Shown piece by piece: positions 29,888-43,132 of a stretch of DNA of 64,000 nucleotides. Source of the stretch: Candidatus Lindowbacteria bacterium RIFCSPLOWO2_12_FULL_62_27 (GTDB lineage Bacteria; Lindowbacteria; 2-12-FULL-62-27); contig MFPR01000043.1 of the NCBI GenBank assembly GCA_001784175.1, positions 62,001-126,000 of the forward strand, given 5' to 3'. The position numbers and the translations under genes were made by a program. Positions within the stretch are counted from its first letter, which is position 1; every line of letters begins with the position of its first letter. Under the pieces are notes generated by a model. The model was given only the letters and a program-made list of their open reading frames with translations. It did no database searches and was not told the origin of the DNA.

Positions 29888-31188
29888 ATCAGTTTCCTTT
29901 TTTTGGGCCGCCCGGCGCCGATTTTCAGCGCCGCCAGAAACCGCGCCCGGCCGTCAGGGATGCGGGCGGGATCGCCGGCATGAAGCCATGCGACGGGCTC
30001 GCCCTTTTTCACGCGATCGCCCGTTTTTTTGGCAAGGACAATTCCCGCGGCAAAATCGATTTTGTCCGACGCGCGCGTCCGGCCGGCGCCGAGCAGGAGA
30101 GACGCGACGCCGACATCCCGCGCCGCCAGCCGCTGAACGACGCCGCTCTTTGGCGCCTCGACCGCAACGACATGCCGGGCCGCCGGAAGGCGCGCGGGGT
30201 CGTCGATCGCCTTGGGATCGCCGCCCTGGGCTTCGACGATCTCCGCGAATTTCCGGCGGGCCTGGCCGTTGGACAACACGGTGAGGATGGCCTTGCGGCC
30301 CTCCTCGGAATTTTTTACGCGGCCCGCAAGTTTGAGCATTTCGGCGCCGAAGGTGACCACGAGTTCCCGCAGGTCGGCCGGCCCCTCGCCCGACAGGCAC
30401 TCGATGGTTTCGCGGATCTCCAGCGCGTTGCCGATGGCCCGGCCCAAGGGCTGTTCCATGTCGGTGATGAAACAGACGGCGGGCCGGCCGGCTTTCCGGC
30501 AGATGCCGAGCATCGCGCGTGCGAGGCGTTTGGAGTCGGCGAGGGTCTGCATGAATGCGCCGTGCCCGGTCTTGACGTCGAGCACAAGCGCCTCGGGACC
30601 CGCCGCAAGTTTTTTGGAGAGGATGCTGGCGGCGATGAGGGGAATGCAGTCGACGGTGGCGGTCACGTCGCGGAGCGCGTACATTTTTCGGTCGGCGGGC
30701 GCGATCTTGTCCGTCTGGCCGATGATGGCGCCGCCGACGCGGGACAGGACCTGGACGAACTCATCTTTTGACAGATTCGTGCGGAATCCGGGGATCGATT
30801 CAAGCTTGTCGAGCGTCCCGCCCGTGTGTCCGAGCCCGCGGCCGGACATCATCGGGACGGGCACGCCGCAGGCGGCGACGGCGGGCGTGAGCGGCAGCGA
30901 AACCTTGTCGCCGACCCCGCCCGTCGAATGCTTGTCGACGGTCCGGACGGGAAACCGGCCGTGCAGGTCGAGGACTTCGCCGGACGCCATCATCTCCTGT
31001 GTGAGCGCCGCCGTTTCCGCGTCGTCCATCCCGTGGAAAAAGACGGCCATCAGGAAGGCGGCCATCTGGTAGTCGGGGATGTCGCCCCGCGTGAACCCGC
31101 CGACCATGAACTCGATCTCGTCGCGGTCCAGGCGCCGGCCGTTGCGTTTTTTGAAAATGATTTCGTAAGGAAGGAAATTCGGGCTCAT
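29869..31188 (-). CDS. pdp: Pyrimidine-nucleoside/thymidine phosphorylase
   Basis: DKHSTGGVGDK, SGRGLGHTGGTLDKLESIPG, LRDVTATV, SILSKK. Confidence 0.96.
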   Translation of the reverse strand: MSPNFLPYEIIFKKRNGRRLDRDEIEFMVGGFTRGDIPDYQMAAFLMAVFFHGMDDAETAALTQEMMASGEVLDLHGRFPVRTVDKHSTGGVGDKVSLPLTPAVAACGVPVPMMSGRGLGHTGGTLDKLESIPGFRTNLSKDEFVQVLSRVGGAIIGQTDKIAPADRKMYALRDVTATVDCIPLIAASILSKKLAAGPEALVLDVKTGHGAFMQTLADSKRLARAMLGICRKAGRPAVCFITDMEQPLGRAIGNALEIRETIECLSGEGPADLRELVVTFGAEMLKLAGRVKNSEEGRKAILTVLSNGQARRKFAEIVEAQGGDPKAIDDPARLPAARHVVAVEAPKSGVVQRLAARDVGVASLLLGAGRTRASDKIDFAAGIVLAKKTGDRVKKGEPVAWLHAGDPARIPDGRARFLAALKIGAGRPKKRKLIWQILK

Positions 31189-32008
31189 TTGAATTCCGGT
31201 TCTTTCATCATCTCCATCACGAGGCGTTGGAATTGCCCGGCGACCCGCTCGGACGTTTCGATCACTTCGGCGTGGGACAGGGCCTGCTTGCTGACGCCGG
31301 CCGCGAGGTTCGAGACCAGGGAAATCGACAGGCATCGCATGTTCATATGGCGGCCGGCCAGAATTTCGGGCACGGTCGACATCCCGACGGCGTCCGCGCC
31401 GAGTTTTCGCAGCATCCGCACCTCGGACGGCGTCTCGTAGCTCGGGCCGAGACACGCGGCGTACACGCCCTCCTGAATCCGCAGCTTCATCCGCCGCGCC
31501 ACCCGCCGGGCGGCGGCGCGAAGGTCCGCATCGTAGGCACAGGTCATGTCGTAAAACCGCGGACCCAGGCTGTCCGGGTTCGGGCCGCGGAGCGGATGGT
31601 CGCCGAGAAGATTGAGATGGTCGCGGATCAGCATGAGGTCTCCGACACGGAATTTTTTGTTGATCCCGCCGACGGCGTTGGCGGTGAAGAGGATCGACGC
31701 GCCGAGAAGTTTCATGAGCCGCACGCCGAAGACGATCTTGTCCATCGGGTGGCCTTCGTAATAATGGACGCGGCCCTGCATCGCGACCACCGGCACGCCG
31801 TGGAGGGCGCCGAAGACCAGGTTGCCGGCGTGTCCGGGAACGTTCGTCCGCGGAAATTCGGGAATGTCCTCGTACCGGATCGCCTCCCGGCCGGCCAGCC
31901 GGTCGGCGAGCCCGCCCAGACCCGACCCGAGGACGATCGCCACGCGGGGCGTGAGCGAAACACGGCGCCGGACGGCGCGGAGCGCGGTCTGCAGGTCGGC
32001 GGCGCCGC

Positions 32009-32012
<4 letters not shown>
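31185..32012 (-). CDS. punA: Purine nucleoside phosphorylase (trimeric type)
   Basis: VLGSGLG, VPGHAG, GRVHYYEG, GPSYETPSE, VGMSTVPE. Confidence 0.95.
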
Positions 32013-34876
<2,864 letters not shown>

Positions 34877-35172
34877 CCTGCATCCTCCACTCCGCCCGAG
34901 GGCTGAACCTAAAATCAGTCATACTCTCTTTTTTGCGGCACGTTGTCAAATTTGGGACGGAGTCGCCGTGGGAAAAATGTTGCTCCTCCTTCGATTTCGG
35001 GACAAAGACACGTGGCGCGGTTCGACGGGCAAAGACCACTCCAGATACGGAGAGCGATTGGACTTATCTTTCGTACTACTGACCCCATGAAGGATCAGGG
35101 TGCCAGATCATGTGAGAAGCCGGAGTCGTGGAGGTTCCACTTCCCTTGGATCAACAATTAAAAAAACGGGGC

Positions 35173-35357
35173 CGGTTCCAATTTATATGCCGCAGAATCA
35201 AGGGACTGAACCCTGATTCTTGAGTCATCGCCGGTCGCTCCTGCCGGAGCCGTCCCGGCGGCGATGGGCCAAGGCCTAGATCGCCACCGCGACCAAGGTG
35301 ACGCCTTCGTTTTTCCGGCCGTAATCCGCGTCGGACTGCAGGAACGGGAACTGGAGA
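35173..35357. repeat. Direct repeat copy 1 (displaced 3' end of the Smr gene plus downstream DNA)
   Basis: 185 bp aligning ungapped to 36147-36331 with 12 mismatches by manual count. Confidence 0.95.
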
Positions 35358-35383
35358 CCACGGGGACCACGGGGGGACCACGG
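35356..35383. repeat. Short tandem repeat GACCACGG(GG) x3 at the repeat junction
   Basis: gaccacggg-gaccacggggg-gaccacgg. Confidence 0.7.
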
Positions 35384-35501
35384 TGCCGGGCATTGAATAG
35401 CGGTTTCCGGGATTTGTCCCGGCGATTGGAAAATTATTCGAGTCCCGCAGCGAGCGGGATACACCCGTCAGGTCACGGGCGAACACGAAGTTTTTCTTCT
35501 C

Positions 35502-35723
35502 TTAAGCCGCAATCGATTGATCGGCGCGGCGATCCAGATACTCCTCGATCCGGCGCATATCCGCCATCGTGTAAAACTGCTCGCCGCAGTCAGAGCATTT
35601 CCAATACATCGCCTTTGGAATTTGCACCGCTCGGCCATTCCGCCGATGCGTGATGCTGCCCCTGATATGCCGAATCCGGTCGGATTCGCACGCCGGACAC
35701 TCGTCAAACTCCAGCTCATCCAT
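35502..35723 (-). CDS. YgiT/MqsA-type zinc-finger protein (putative antitoxin)
   Basis: CPAC...CSDCGEQFY. Confidence 0.8.
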   Translation of the reverse strand: MDELEFDECPACESDRIRHIRGSITHRRNGRAVQIPKAMYWKCSDCGEQFYTMADMRRIEEYLDRRADQSIAA

Positions 35724-36057
35724 TCTTTTTTTTCCTCCTTTCAGTAGTGTCTGTCGACCGTTTAGAGGAAATCAAAATATAGAAAACAGCTTTCTCCTGT
35801 TGCTTTCGAAAAAGTCCCTTCGTATAAATCCGCGCCCCGGAATCGGACGGCGCCACGATGATATGGATTTTCTCCCTATCCATCACTCGCTTCGGGCTGC
35901 GGGATCGCTTTGATCGCACGGTCCGCGCATTCATCAGCGACTGATACACGTCCACATCCATCAAATTGTCCGCGCCCATTTCTTCTCGGGCCTTCAGCGT
36001 AAACGCCACCCGCCCCGTCAGCACGGCCAGCCGAATCTCTCTCAGAATATTTTCCAC
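35716..36057 (-). CDS. DUF4258/MqsR-like putative toxin
   Basis: FTLKAREEM...DVYQSL...IYTKG...YILISSK; overlaps the zinc-finger gene; promoter TTGACA-17-TAAACT at 36093-36065. Confidence 0.7.
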   Translation of the reverse strand: MENILREIRLAVLTGRVAFTLKAREEMGADNLMDVDVYQSLMNARTVRSKRSRSPKRVMDREKIHIIVAPSDSGARIYTKGLFRKQQEKAVFYILISSKRSTDTTERRKKKNG

Positions 36058-36146
36058 CGCCGAAAGTTTACCCTGCCGACCGCGGACTGTCAAAGTTGTG
36101 GATCATGGTGCCAGGCGTTGGTGAAGAAAAGGGGAAGAAAAGGAGA

Positions 36147-36331
36147 CGGTTCCAATTTATATGCTGCGGAATCAAGGGATTGAACCCTGATTCTTGAGTT
36201 ATCGCCGGTCGGTCCTGCCGGAGCCGCCGCGGCGGCGATGGGCCGAGGCCTAGATCGCCACCGCGACCAGGGTGACGCCCTCGTTTTTCCGGCCGTAGTC
36301 CGCATCGGACTGCAGGAACGGGAACTGGAGA
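36147..36331. repeat. Direct repeat copy 2 (functional 3' end of the Smr gene)
   Basis: Partner of 35173-35357, offset 974 bp. Confidence 0.95.
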
Positions 36332-36690
36332 ATGATGCTTCTTCCGGCCTGGTTGAACTCATGGAAGTCCTCGCCTTTCAGGAAGCCGGCGATGTGCTTT
36401 CCGCGGGCGAGATTAGAGAAGGTTGCGAGAAGCGCCTGTTTCAGTTTTCCACCGACACCGGAAGAGCCATAGCCGTGAATAATTTTCAGAACCTTGACGC
36501 CCCGCGCTTTCGCTTGCGCGATTTCCTGTCGGGTTCTCTCACGCGCCTCCTCGACCGTCGGCCAGCCCTTCTCGACGTTCACTGACTTGTACGGAATTCC
36601 CGTGGGCGCATCGATCTCGGATCCGCAATATCGGCATTCCCCGGATAATGCGTTCACGGCCTCGCCGCACATGCTGCAAACAATTTTCAT
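36250..36690 (-). CDS. Zinc-ribbon plus Smr/MutS2 domain protein
   Basis: CSMC...CRYCG, then PTVEEA, KIIHGYGSSG, NEGVT. Confidence 0.85.
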   Translation of the reverse strand: MKIVCSMCGEAVNALSGECRYCGSEIDAPTGIPYKSVNVEKGWPTVEEARERTRQEIAQAKARGVKVLKIIHGYGSSGVGGKLKQALLATFSNLARGKHIAGFLKGEDFHEFNQAGRSIILQFPFLQSDADYGRKNEGVTLVAVAI

Positions 36691-36844
36691 GTGTCTTCCA
36701 CCCCCCATCATTTTGTCCACCCCGGCCATCCCCGTGCCGGCAATCATCATAAACGTCCGTTTGAGCGATTTTTCCGGAATGCTTTCCTGGGGACGGAGTC
36801 GCCGGCTTGTCCCTCTGCCCCGCCGTTGATAGGGTGGGGCCGGC

Positions 36845-37639
36845 ATGAGACGTGTGTGGGTGGCGATCCTGTGTCTGGGAATGTCCGGCGGGCCGGTGTG
36901 GGCGGACGAGACGGCGGCGGTGCGGGAGATGATGTCGTGGGTGGACGAGAACATGAACCCCGCGGACGAAGTGAGCGAGGCGACGCTCATTCTGATCCAC
37001 GCGAACGGCCAGCAGCGGCGGTGGCAGATCAAGCAGTATTACCAGCGCGCGCCGGAAAGCGGATCCGGTGCGGCGATCCTTCTGCGGTTTCTGTCTCCCG
37101 CCGACCTTCGGGGGACCACGCTGATCAGCGTGAATCAGCCGGAAGGCGACAATTACCAGTGGCTGTATCTGCCGGCGTTCCGGACGCCGAAATTTCTGAC
37201 GGAGAGCGGCAAATCCGATTACGTGTTCGGCAGCGACCTGACCTTCGAGGATTACGTCCCGAGAACCATGGACGACTACATCTACACACGCCTCCGGCAG
37301 GACAAGCTGGACGGCCGGCCGGCGGTGGTCGTGCAGGTGGCGCCGGCGGCGAAGAAATTGAGGGATCGCATTGCCTATCATCATCAGCTTGTGTGGGTCG
37401 ACCCGGACCGCGCCGTGATTTTGCGCGTCGACAGTTTCGACGCGCAGGGACGCCTGTTCAAGACGTCCACTTGGAAGGATTTCTACCAGCCCGACGGGCG
37501 CCGGTGGCGCGCGCGGCGCCTCACCGTCTTCAGTCCGCTCCGGCCGCACTGGACCGAGATGACGGTTGAGGACATCAAGATCAACCAGGGATTGCCTTCG
37601 GACTTTTTCTCCGAAAGCAACCTGTCGTCGATACGATAA
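36845..37639 (+). CDS. Outer-membrane lipoprotein-sorting (LolA-like) protein
   Basis: Signal peptide, FLSPADLRGT, QWLYLPA, GSDLTFED. Confidence 0.85.
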   Translation: MRRVWVAILCLGMSGGPVWADETAAVREMMSWVDENMNPADEVSEATLILIHANGQQRRWQIKQYYQRAPESGSGAAILLRFLSPADLRGTTLISVNQPEGDNYQWLYLPAFRTPKFLTESGKSDYVFGSDLTFEDYVPRTMDDYIYTRLRQDKLDGRPAVVVQVAPAAKKLRDRIAYHHQLVWVDPDRAVILRVDSFDAQGRLFKTSTWKDFYQPDGRRWRARRLTVFSPLRPHWTEMTVEDIKINQGLPSDFFSESNLSSIR

Positions 37640-40407
37640 TGGTCCGGTCCTACGTCCGGTTCCTCCACCGTCACCGCCGGGCGGCGTTTGCGGCGCTGGC
37701 GCTGGTCACCCTCTTTTTCGGCGTGGGCCTCTGGCGGCTCTTCGGCGGCGACACGCGGATACTCTCGCAGATGGCGCTGCGGCACCTGCGCCTGCAGGTC
37801 GACACGTCGGACGACCTGTTTCTGCCGGCGCACGACGAGGAGCTGCGGCGGTACCGGGACAGCACGCGGATTTTCGGAGACGACCGGTTCCTGATCGCCA
37901 TCCTCGAGTTTGAAAACGCCTTCACCCCGGACAACCTCGCGCTGATCGCGCGCCTCAGCGAGTCGGCCGGCCGCGGCGCCCGGCGGGTCTCCAGCCTCAC
38001 GCATGATCTGCTCTACTCCGCATCCGGCAAAACCCTCGGATACTTCCGGCTGGGCGACCACCTGCCCCAAACGCAGGCCGAGGCCGATGCGGTCCGGGAC
38101 TCGGTCCTGTCCGACAGCTTTCTCGTCCACCACCTGGTCTCGCAGGACGGCAAATACGCGGCGATCATGGTCCGCACCTGGCCGCACGTGCGCGGCGCGC
38201 AGCTCGATTATTTTGTGAAGCGGTTCCAGCAAAAAATCCGGATGGAGGCCGGGCGCGTCCCCGTGAGCTTCGCGGGCAGCCACGTCCAGGCGCTCGAACT
38301 GCACAGGGCCACCCTGCGGGAACTGAGGCGCCTTCTGCCGATCACGGCGATCATCATCGGCCTCTTTCTCTTCGCGGTCTTCCGGTCGGTCCGGGGCGTA
38401 TTTCTGCCGCTGAGTCTCATGGGCCTGACGCTGATCTGGACGTTCGGTCTCCTCGGGTGGATCGACCGGCCGGTGACGCCGATCGACGTGATCCTGCCGA
38501 CCCTGCTCATGACGCTGTGCGCTACCTATTCGCTGCAGTTCATGACCCGCCATCTGCAAATGGCCGAAGTGGCGGCGCGGTTGGGCGAGACGCCGGACCG
38601 GGTGGCGTTGTGCGAGGAGGCGGCGAGCGATGCGTTTTTCCCGTTGTTTGTGGCGCAGGCAACCACCCTGATCGGCACGGCCATGCTGTGCCTCACGGAC
38701 ATTCCGGTCATCCTCCAGTTTGGCCTGCTGTCCGCCCTCGGCACGGCCTTCACGGCGTTTCTGATCTACACGTATCTCCCGCTCATGCTGATGTCGGCGG
38801 CGCCGCGGGTCCGGCGCGTCGCACCGGAAAGCCGGCTGATGGCGTTCCTTGCGGATATGTCCCAAGCCTTTCACCGGAACAAAACCGCCCCGCTCATCGC
38901 CGCGTTCGGCTTGACCCTGCTCTTGTCGGCCGGGATGCTGCATTTGAAAGTGGAGAGCGACCCGAAACAATTTTTCAAACCGGACTCGCCTGTCCGCCGG
39001 GCCTTTGCGGTCCTCGAGGACAAGATGGGCGGCGCGCTCAGTCTCAGCATCGTGGTGGACGCCGGCGGGCCGGACGCGCTCAAGGACCCGGAAACGCTGC
39101 GGCAGATCGAAGCGCTGGAGCGCTACGCGTCGCGGCAGCCCGATGTTCTTCGAACCCTCTCGTTCGTCGACCTCGTCAAACGGCTGAACCGGGCGGTGCA
39201 CGGGAATGATCCTGCGATGGAGAAGATTCCCGATACGCGGGAGGAGGTATCGCAGATTCTGTTTCTCGCGGCGTTCGGCCGCGACCCGTCGAACATGGAC
39301 CGGTACGTCGACTACAGCTACCAGCGGAGCCGGATCGAGGTCCGGGTCAAAAACGTGAGCGCAACGCAGACGCTCGCGCTGGCTTCGAACCTCCAGACGT
39401 ACATGGACGAACGCTGGACGGCCGCGATGACCGGCCACGTCACGGGCGATCATTTCATGTCGTGCCGGGCGAACACCGCGATCCTGAGCGGGCAGGTCAA
39501 GGGATTCTTCGGCACGGCGGTGGCGGTCTTTGTCGTGATGTGGATATGTTTCGGCTCGCCGAAGGTCGGGTTTCTCGCAATGATCCCGAACGTGGCGCCG
39601 ATCGGGGCGGTCCTCGGGATCATGGGGTACATGGGCGTGCAGATCGACATGGCGACGGCGCTTCTGGCGTCGGTCGCGCTCGGCATTGCGCTGGACGACA
39701 CGATCCATTTCGTCGTTCACTACATGCGGGGCATCCGGACGCAGCCCAAGGGGTATCTCGCGATCCGGGACGTCGTGGGGAGCGCGGGCCGCGCGATGGT
39801 GTTCACGAACGTGGCGCTGGCCCTGGGATTTTCGGTGCTGCTCGCGTCGGATTTCCCGCCGGTGCGGATGTTCGGATTTTTCATGATCGTCGCGATGGCG
39901 ATGGCCTGTTTCGACGATTTCGTGATGATGCCCGGTCTCCTCGGCTGGATTCCGCTCGTGGGAATATGGGAACACTGGCGGATCAAATTCAAATCGGACG
40001 TCCGGCATGGAATTCCGCTCTTCGCGCGGCTCGGGGTTTCGGACATCAAAAAAATCGTGTCGATGGGCCGGCTCATGACCGTGCCGGACCGCTGGCCCCT
40101 CATGAAGGAGGGCGCAACGGGAGACGAAATGTTTGTGATCCTCGAGGGCTCGGTCACGGTGATGAAATCGGGCCGGCCGGTCACGGAACTCGGCCGGGGC
40201 GAGACCGTGGGCGAGATGGGCTTGATCAGCGAGCATCCGCGGAGCGCCGATGTGATCGTCCACGGCGCCACCACGGTCTTCGCCTTCGGCTATGACGCGC
40301 TGGACCGTTTGGAGCGCCGCTACCCGCGCCTGGCGACGCGCGTCCTGCACAACCTGTCCTCGATCCTGAGCCGCCGGCTGGCCGAGACGACGGAGCATCT
40401 CAAGTAA
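37639..40407 (+). CDS. MMPL/RND-family transporter fused to a C-terminal cyclic-nucleotide-binding domain
   Basis: Two TM bundles, GIALDDTIHF; C-terminal GEMGL...PRSADV phosphate-binding cassette. Confidence 0.88.
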   Translation: MVRSYVRFLHRHRRAAFAALALVTLFFGVGLWRLFGGDTRILSQMALRHLRLQVDTSDDLFLPAHDEELRRYRDSTRIFGDDRFLIAILEFENAFTPDNLALIARLSESAGRGARRVSSLTHDLLYSASGKTLGYFRLGDHLPQTQAEADAVRDSVLSDSFLVHHLVSQDGKYAAIMVRTWPHVRGAQLDYFVKRFQQKIRMEAGRVPVSFAGSHVQALELHRATLRELRRLLPITAIIIGLFLFAVFRSVRGVFLPLSLMGLTLIWTFGLLGWIDRPVTPIDVILPTLLMTLCATYSLQFMTRHLQMAEVAARLGETPDRVALCEEAASDAFFPLFVAQATTLIGTAMLCLTDIPVILQFGLLSALGTAFTAFLIYTYLPLMLMSAAPRVRRVAPESRLMAFLADMSQAFHRNKTAPLIAAFGLTLLLSAGMLHLKVESDPKQFFKPDSPVRRAFAVLEDKMGGALSLSIVVDAGGPDALKDPETLRQIEALERYASRQPDVLRTLSFVDLVKRLNRAVHGNDPAMEKIPDTREEVSQILFLAAFGRDPSNMDRYVDYSYQRSRIEVRVKNVSATQTLALASNLQTYMDERWTAAMTGHVTGDHFMSCRANTAILSGQVKGFFGTAVAVFVVMWICFGSPKVGFLAMIPNVAPIGAVLGIMGYMGVQIDMATALLASVALGIALDDTIHFVVHYMRGIRTQPKGYLAIRDVVGSAGRAMVFTNVALALGFSVLLASDFPPVRMFGFFMIVAMAMACFDDFVMMPGLLGWIPLVGIWEHWRIKFKSDVRHGIPLFARLGVSDIKKIVSMGRLMTVPDRWPLMKEGATGDEMFVILEGSVTVMKSGRPVTELGRGETVGEMGLISEHPRSADVIVHGATTVFAFGYDALDRLERRYPRLATRVLHNLSSILSRRLAETTEHLK

Positions 40408-40486
40408 CGGCGTTGATTGCCGGCGGCGGTCATGTTAAGCAAAAGGACGGCAGGGCAGATTACACTGAAGGAGGAGGCTCATATCC

Positions 40487-40939
40487 ATGAAACGGTTTTT
40501 AGCGGCGGTTTTCGCTCTCACGCTCTTCATTGCGGTTTCCGGGCCGGCGTGGGCCGACGAGAAGAAGGAGTCCGGCAAGAAAGATGAGGCGGCGGAAGGG
40601 TCGTCCAGGAAAAAAGGCAAAGGCGACAAGGAAAAATCAAAGTCCTTCACCGGAAAAATCAAGGCCATGGACGCGAAGAACAGGACGGTGACGCTCACCA
40701 AGAAATCAAAGGGCGTCGAGTCGGAAGCGGTGATCGTGATCAAGGATTCGACCACCTTCAAGAATGTCAAGGCGTTCGCGGATCTGAAAGTCGGCGATCG
40801 CATCGGCGTCAAGTACATGGAAGAAGGCGGCAAGAAGGTGGCCAAGTCCGTCGAGTTCAAGATCAACAAGGGAAAAGGCAAGGGACACGGACACCACAAG
40901 AAAAAGAAAGACAAGGAAAAAGAGGACGACGACGAGTAG
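40487..40939 (+). CDS. Secreted Lys-rich protein with small OB-like domain
   Basis: Signal peptide (AWA/D), GKIKAMD...DLKVGDRIGVKY; AGGAGG RBS. Confidence 0.75.
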   Translation: MKRFLAAVFALTLFIAVSGPAWADEKKESGKKDEAAEGSSRKKGKGDKEKSKSFTGKIKAMDAKNRTVTLTKKSKGVESEAVIVIKDSTTFKNVKAFADLKVGDRIGVKYMEEGGKKVAKSVEFKINKGKGKGHGHHKKKKDKEKEDDDE

Positions 40940-40948
40940 GCTCGACCT

Positions 40949-42844
40949 TTAGCGGGCCGGGAACTGGATATCCGCCACCGGGAACGTCCGGGCCCACGTA
41001 TAAAGGAACAGGAGATTCCACAGCCGCTGGTCGTTTTTGCGCCGGCCTTCCAGATGATCCCGGAGAAACAGGCGGGCGGCGTCCGGTTGAAGAATCGATC
41101 GGAGCGCGTCCGGCGGTCGGTCGAGCGCTTCCTGGGCGAATGATCGGAGTTCCCGCCGGAACCAGTGTTCCAGCGGCACGCCGAACCCCATTTTCCCGCG
41201 CCGCCGCACATCGGGCGGCATGAGGTCCTTGAAAGCCGTTTTCAGCAGATCTTTCTTTCTCATCCCCCGCATTTTCAGTTCCGGCGGCAGCGACATCGCG
41301 AATTCAATGATCTGGTGATCGAGAAACGCCGAGCGCGTTTCAAGGGAGTTGGCCATCGACGCGATGTCGACTTTGACCAGGATGTCCTCCGGCAGGTACG
41401 TGTGAATGTCCAGGCAGGACAGCGCCTGCAAGAGCGGCGCGCTGGCCGGAAAGAAATCATTCAGGTAGCGCTCAGCCGCCGAGCCTCGCTCGTTTTCTCC
41501 TGTGAGCCGCCGGCCGTGTTCTGGCAAATAGAGGCGCGCCTTGTCATCGGGCGTGAAATGCGACACGGCGTCCAGGTAGCTGCGGATCGTGGGCCGGCCG
41601 CTCATCTGAAGCAGCCGGGCGGCCTGGCGGGCGCGCTTGTGACGAAGGAGGCGCAGCACGCCGATGCCGGCGGCGCGGAGCCACGAGGGGCAGAGGCCCA
41701 GGATGGGCATCAGGCGCATGGCGAGGTAGCGGTTGTAGCCGAGAAACCCCTCGTCCCCGCCGTCGCCCGAAAGCGCCACCGTCACGTGCTTGCGCGTTTC
41801 CCGGCAGAGATAGTAGGTCGGAATCGCGGAACTGTCGGCGTAGGGCTCGCCGTAGTGCCGGACGAGTGTCGGTAAAAGCTCGATGGCGTCCGGTTTTACG
41901 ACGAACTCGTGGTGTTCCGTCCCGTGAAGTTTTGCTGCCGCGCGGGCATGATGGAGTTCGGAATAATCGGACTCCTCAAACCCGATCGAAAACGTCTTGA
42001 CCGGCCGGGTCGAACAGCGGGCCATCAGGCCCACCGTGATGGTCGAGTCGATCCCTCCTGAGAGAAACGCGCCCAGCGGAACGTCCGAGATCATCCGGAT
42101 CCGCACGGCCTCCAGCATTTTTTCGCGGAGCTGCCGGATCGCCTCCGGCCGCAAGATCGGGCGGACCGCGGGGGAGAGAAACCAGTACCGCTCCACGCGT
42201 TCGATGCGGCCGTTCCGGGCGATCAGGAAGTGAGCCGGCGGAAGCTTGCGGACGGTCGCGTAGATGCTGCGGGGCGCGGGAACGTATTGCAGCGAGAGAT
42301 ACAGGTCAAGCGCCTCAAGGTCCAATACGGGCCGGACGGCCGGCGCGGCCAGCATCGCGTGCAGTTCTGAGGCGAAGAAGAGGCCTGCGGGGGTTTCGGC
42401 ATAATACAGGGGTTTGACGCCGAGCCGGTCGCGCGCGAGAAAGAGCGTTCCGTCCCGCGCATCGTAAATCGCGAACGCGAACATCCCGCGCAACCGGTCG
42501 ACCATCTTCGGGCCGAGTTCCTCCCACAGGTGAACGAGCACCTCCGTGTCGGACTTCGTGGCCATCCGGTGCCCGCGGGCGAGGAGTTCCTGCCGGAGTT
42601 CGAGGAAATTATAAATTTCGCCGTTGAAGATCACCTGGACCGAGCCGTCCTCGTTGCCCTGCGGCTGTTTGCCCGTGCTGAGATCGATGATGCTCAGCCG
42701 CCGGTGCGCCAGGCCCACGCGGCGGTCGATGAAGAAACCGTCCTCGTCGGGACCGCGGTGAACCAGCCGCGCCGCCATCTCGCGGAGAACCTCCCGCGCA
42801 TTTTCGGGTTCCCGTGTCCACTGCCAGCCGGCGATGCCGCACAT
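40949..42844 (-). CDS. asnB: Asparagine synthase (glutamine-hydrolysing) family amidotransferase
   Basis: MCGIAG, HRGPD, RLSIID, NGEIYN, LSGGIDS, SGDGGDE. Confidence 0.93.
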   Translation of the reverse strand: MCGIAGWQWTREPENAREVLREMAARLVHRGPDEDGFFIDRRVGLAHRRLSIIDLSTGKQPQGNEDGSVQVIFNGEIYNFLELRQELLARGHRMATKSDTEVLVHLWEELGPKMVDRLRGMFAFAIYDARDGTLFLARDRLGVKPLYYAETPAGLFFASELHAMLAAPAVRPVLDLEALDLYLSLQYVPAPRSIYATVRKLPPAHFLIARNGRIERVERYWFLSPAVRPILRPEAIRQLREKMLEAVRIRMISDVPLGAFLSGGIDSTITVGLMARCSTRPVKTFSIGFEESDYSELHHARAAAKLHGTEHHEFVVKPDAIELLPTLVRHYGEPYADSSAIPTYYLCRETRKHVTVALSGDGGDEGFLGYNRYLAMRLMPILGLCPSWLRAAGIGVLRLLRHKRARQAARLLQMSGRPTIRSYLDAVSHFTPDDKARLYLPEHGRRLTGENERGSAAERYLNDFFPASAPLLQALSCLDIHTYLPEDILVKVDIASMANSLETRSAFLDHQIIEFAMSLPPELKMRGMRKKDLLKTAFKDLMPPDVRRRGKMGFGVPLEHWFRRELRSFAQEALDRPPDALRSILQPDAARLFLRDHLEGRRKNDQRLWNLLFLYTWARTFPVADIQFPAR

Positions 42845-43132
42845 GATGAGGAAGGCTTTACAAGCCCACCGCCGCCGGGTCAAGAGACATTATGTCAACT
42901 GGCGCTTGATGCGGAAAAATGAAAAATACCCACGGATTCCCCTAATTTATTCCAGCGGGATACCGAAGAGGATGAATAGAGACAAGGATTCGACCAACGC
43001 ACGGAGGCGGTCATACGGTCATGGGCAAAACACAAGGAACATCGGCGCATTCCTCAACACGCAATCCCAAAAACAGATGTGGCAGGACTTATTACTGCTC
43101 ATACTCCATCGGAGAATCATTTCATTATCCAA

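Noticed and set aside
35173-36331. Diversity-generating retroelement template/variable repeat pair
   Set aside because: Mismatches are not adenine-specific, those in the coding part are synonymous, and there is no reverse transcriptase in the window
37483-40398. 971-aa antisense ORF and other long shadow ORFs (e.g. 442-2145, 32039-33925, 58782-60839)
   Set aside because: They lie opposite well-supported genes, carry no motifs, and are expected from stop-codon scarcity in GC3-biased DNA
42890-43125. Small ORF or gene remnant in the AT-richer gap upstream of asnB
   Set aside because: No frame gives a recognisable protein or a convincing RBS
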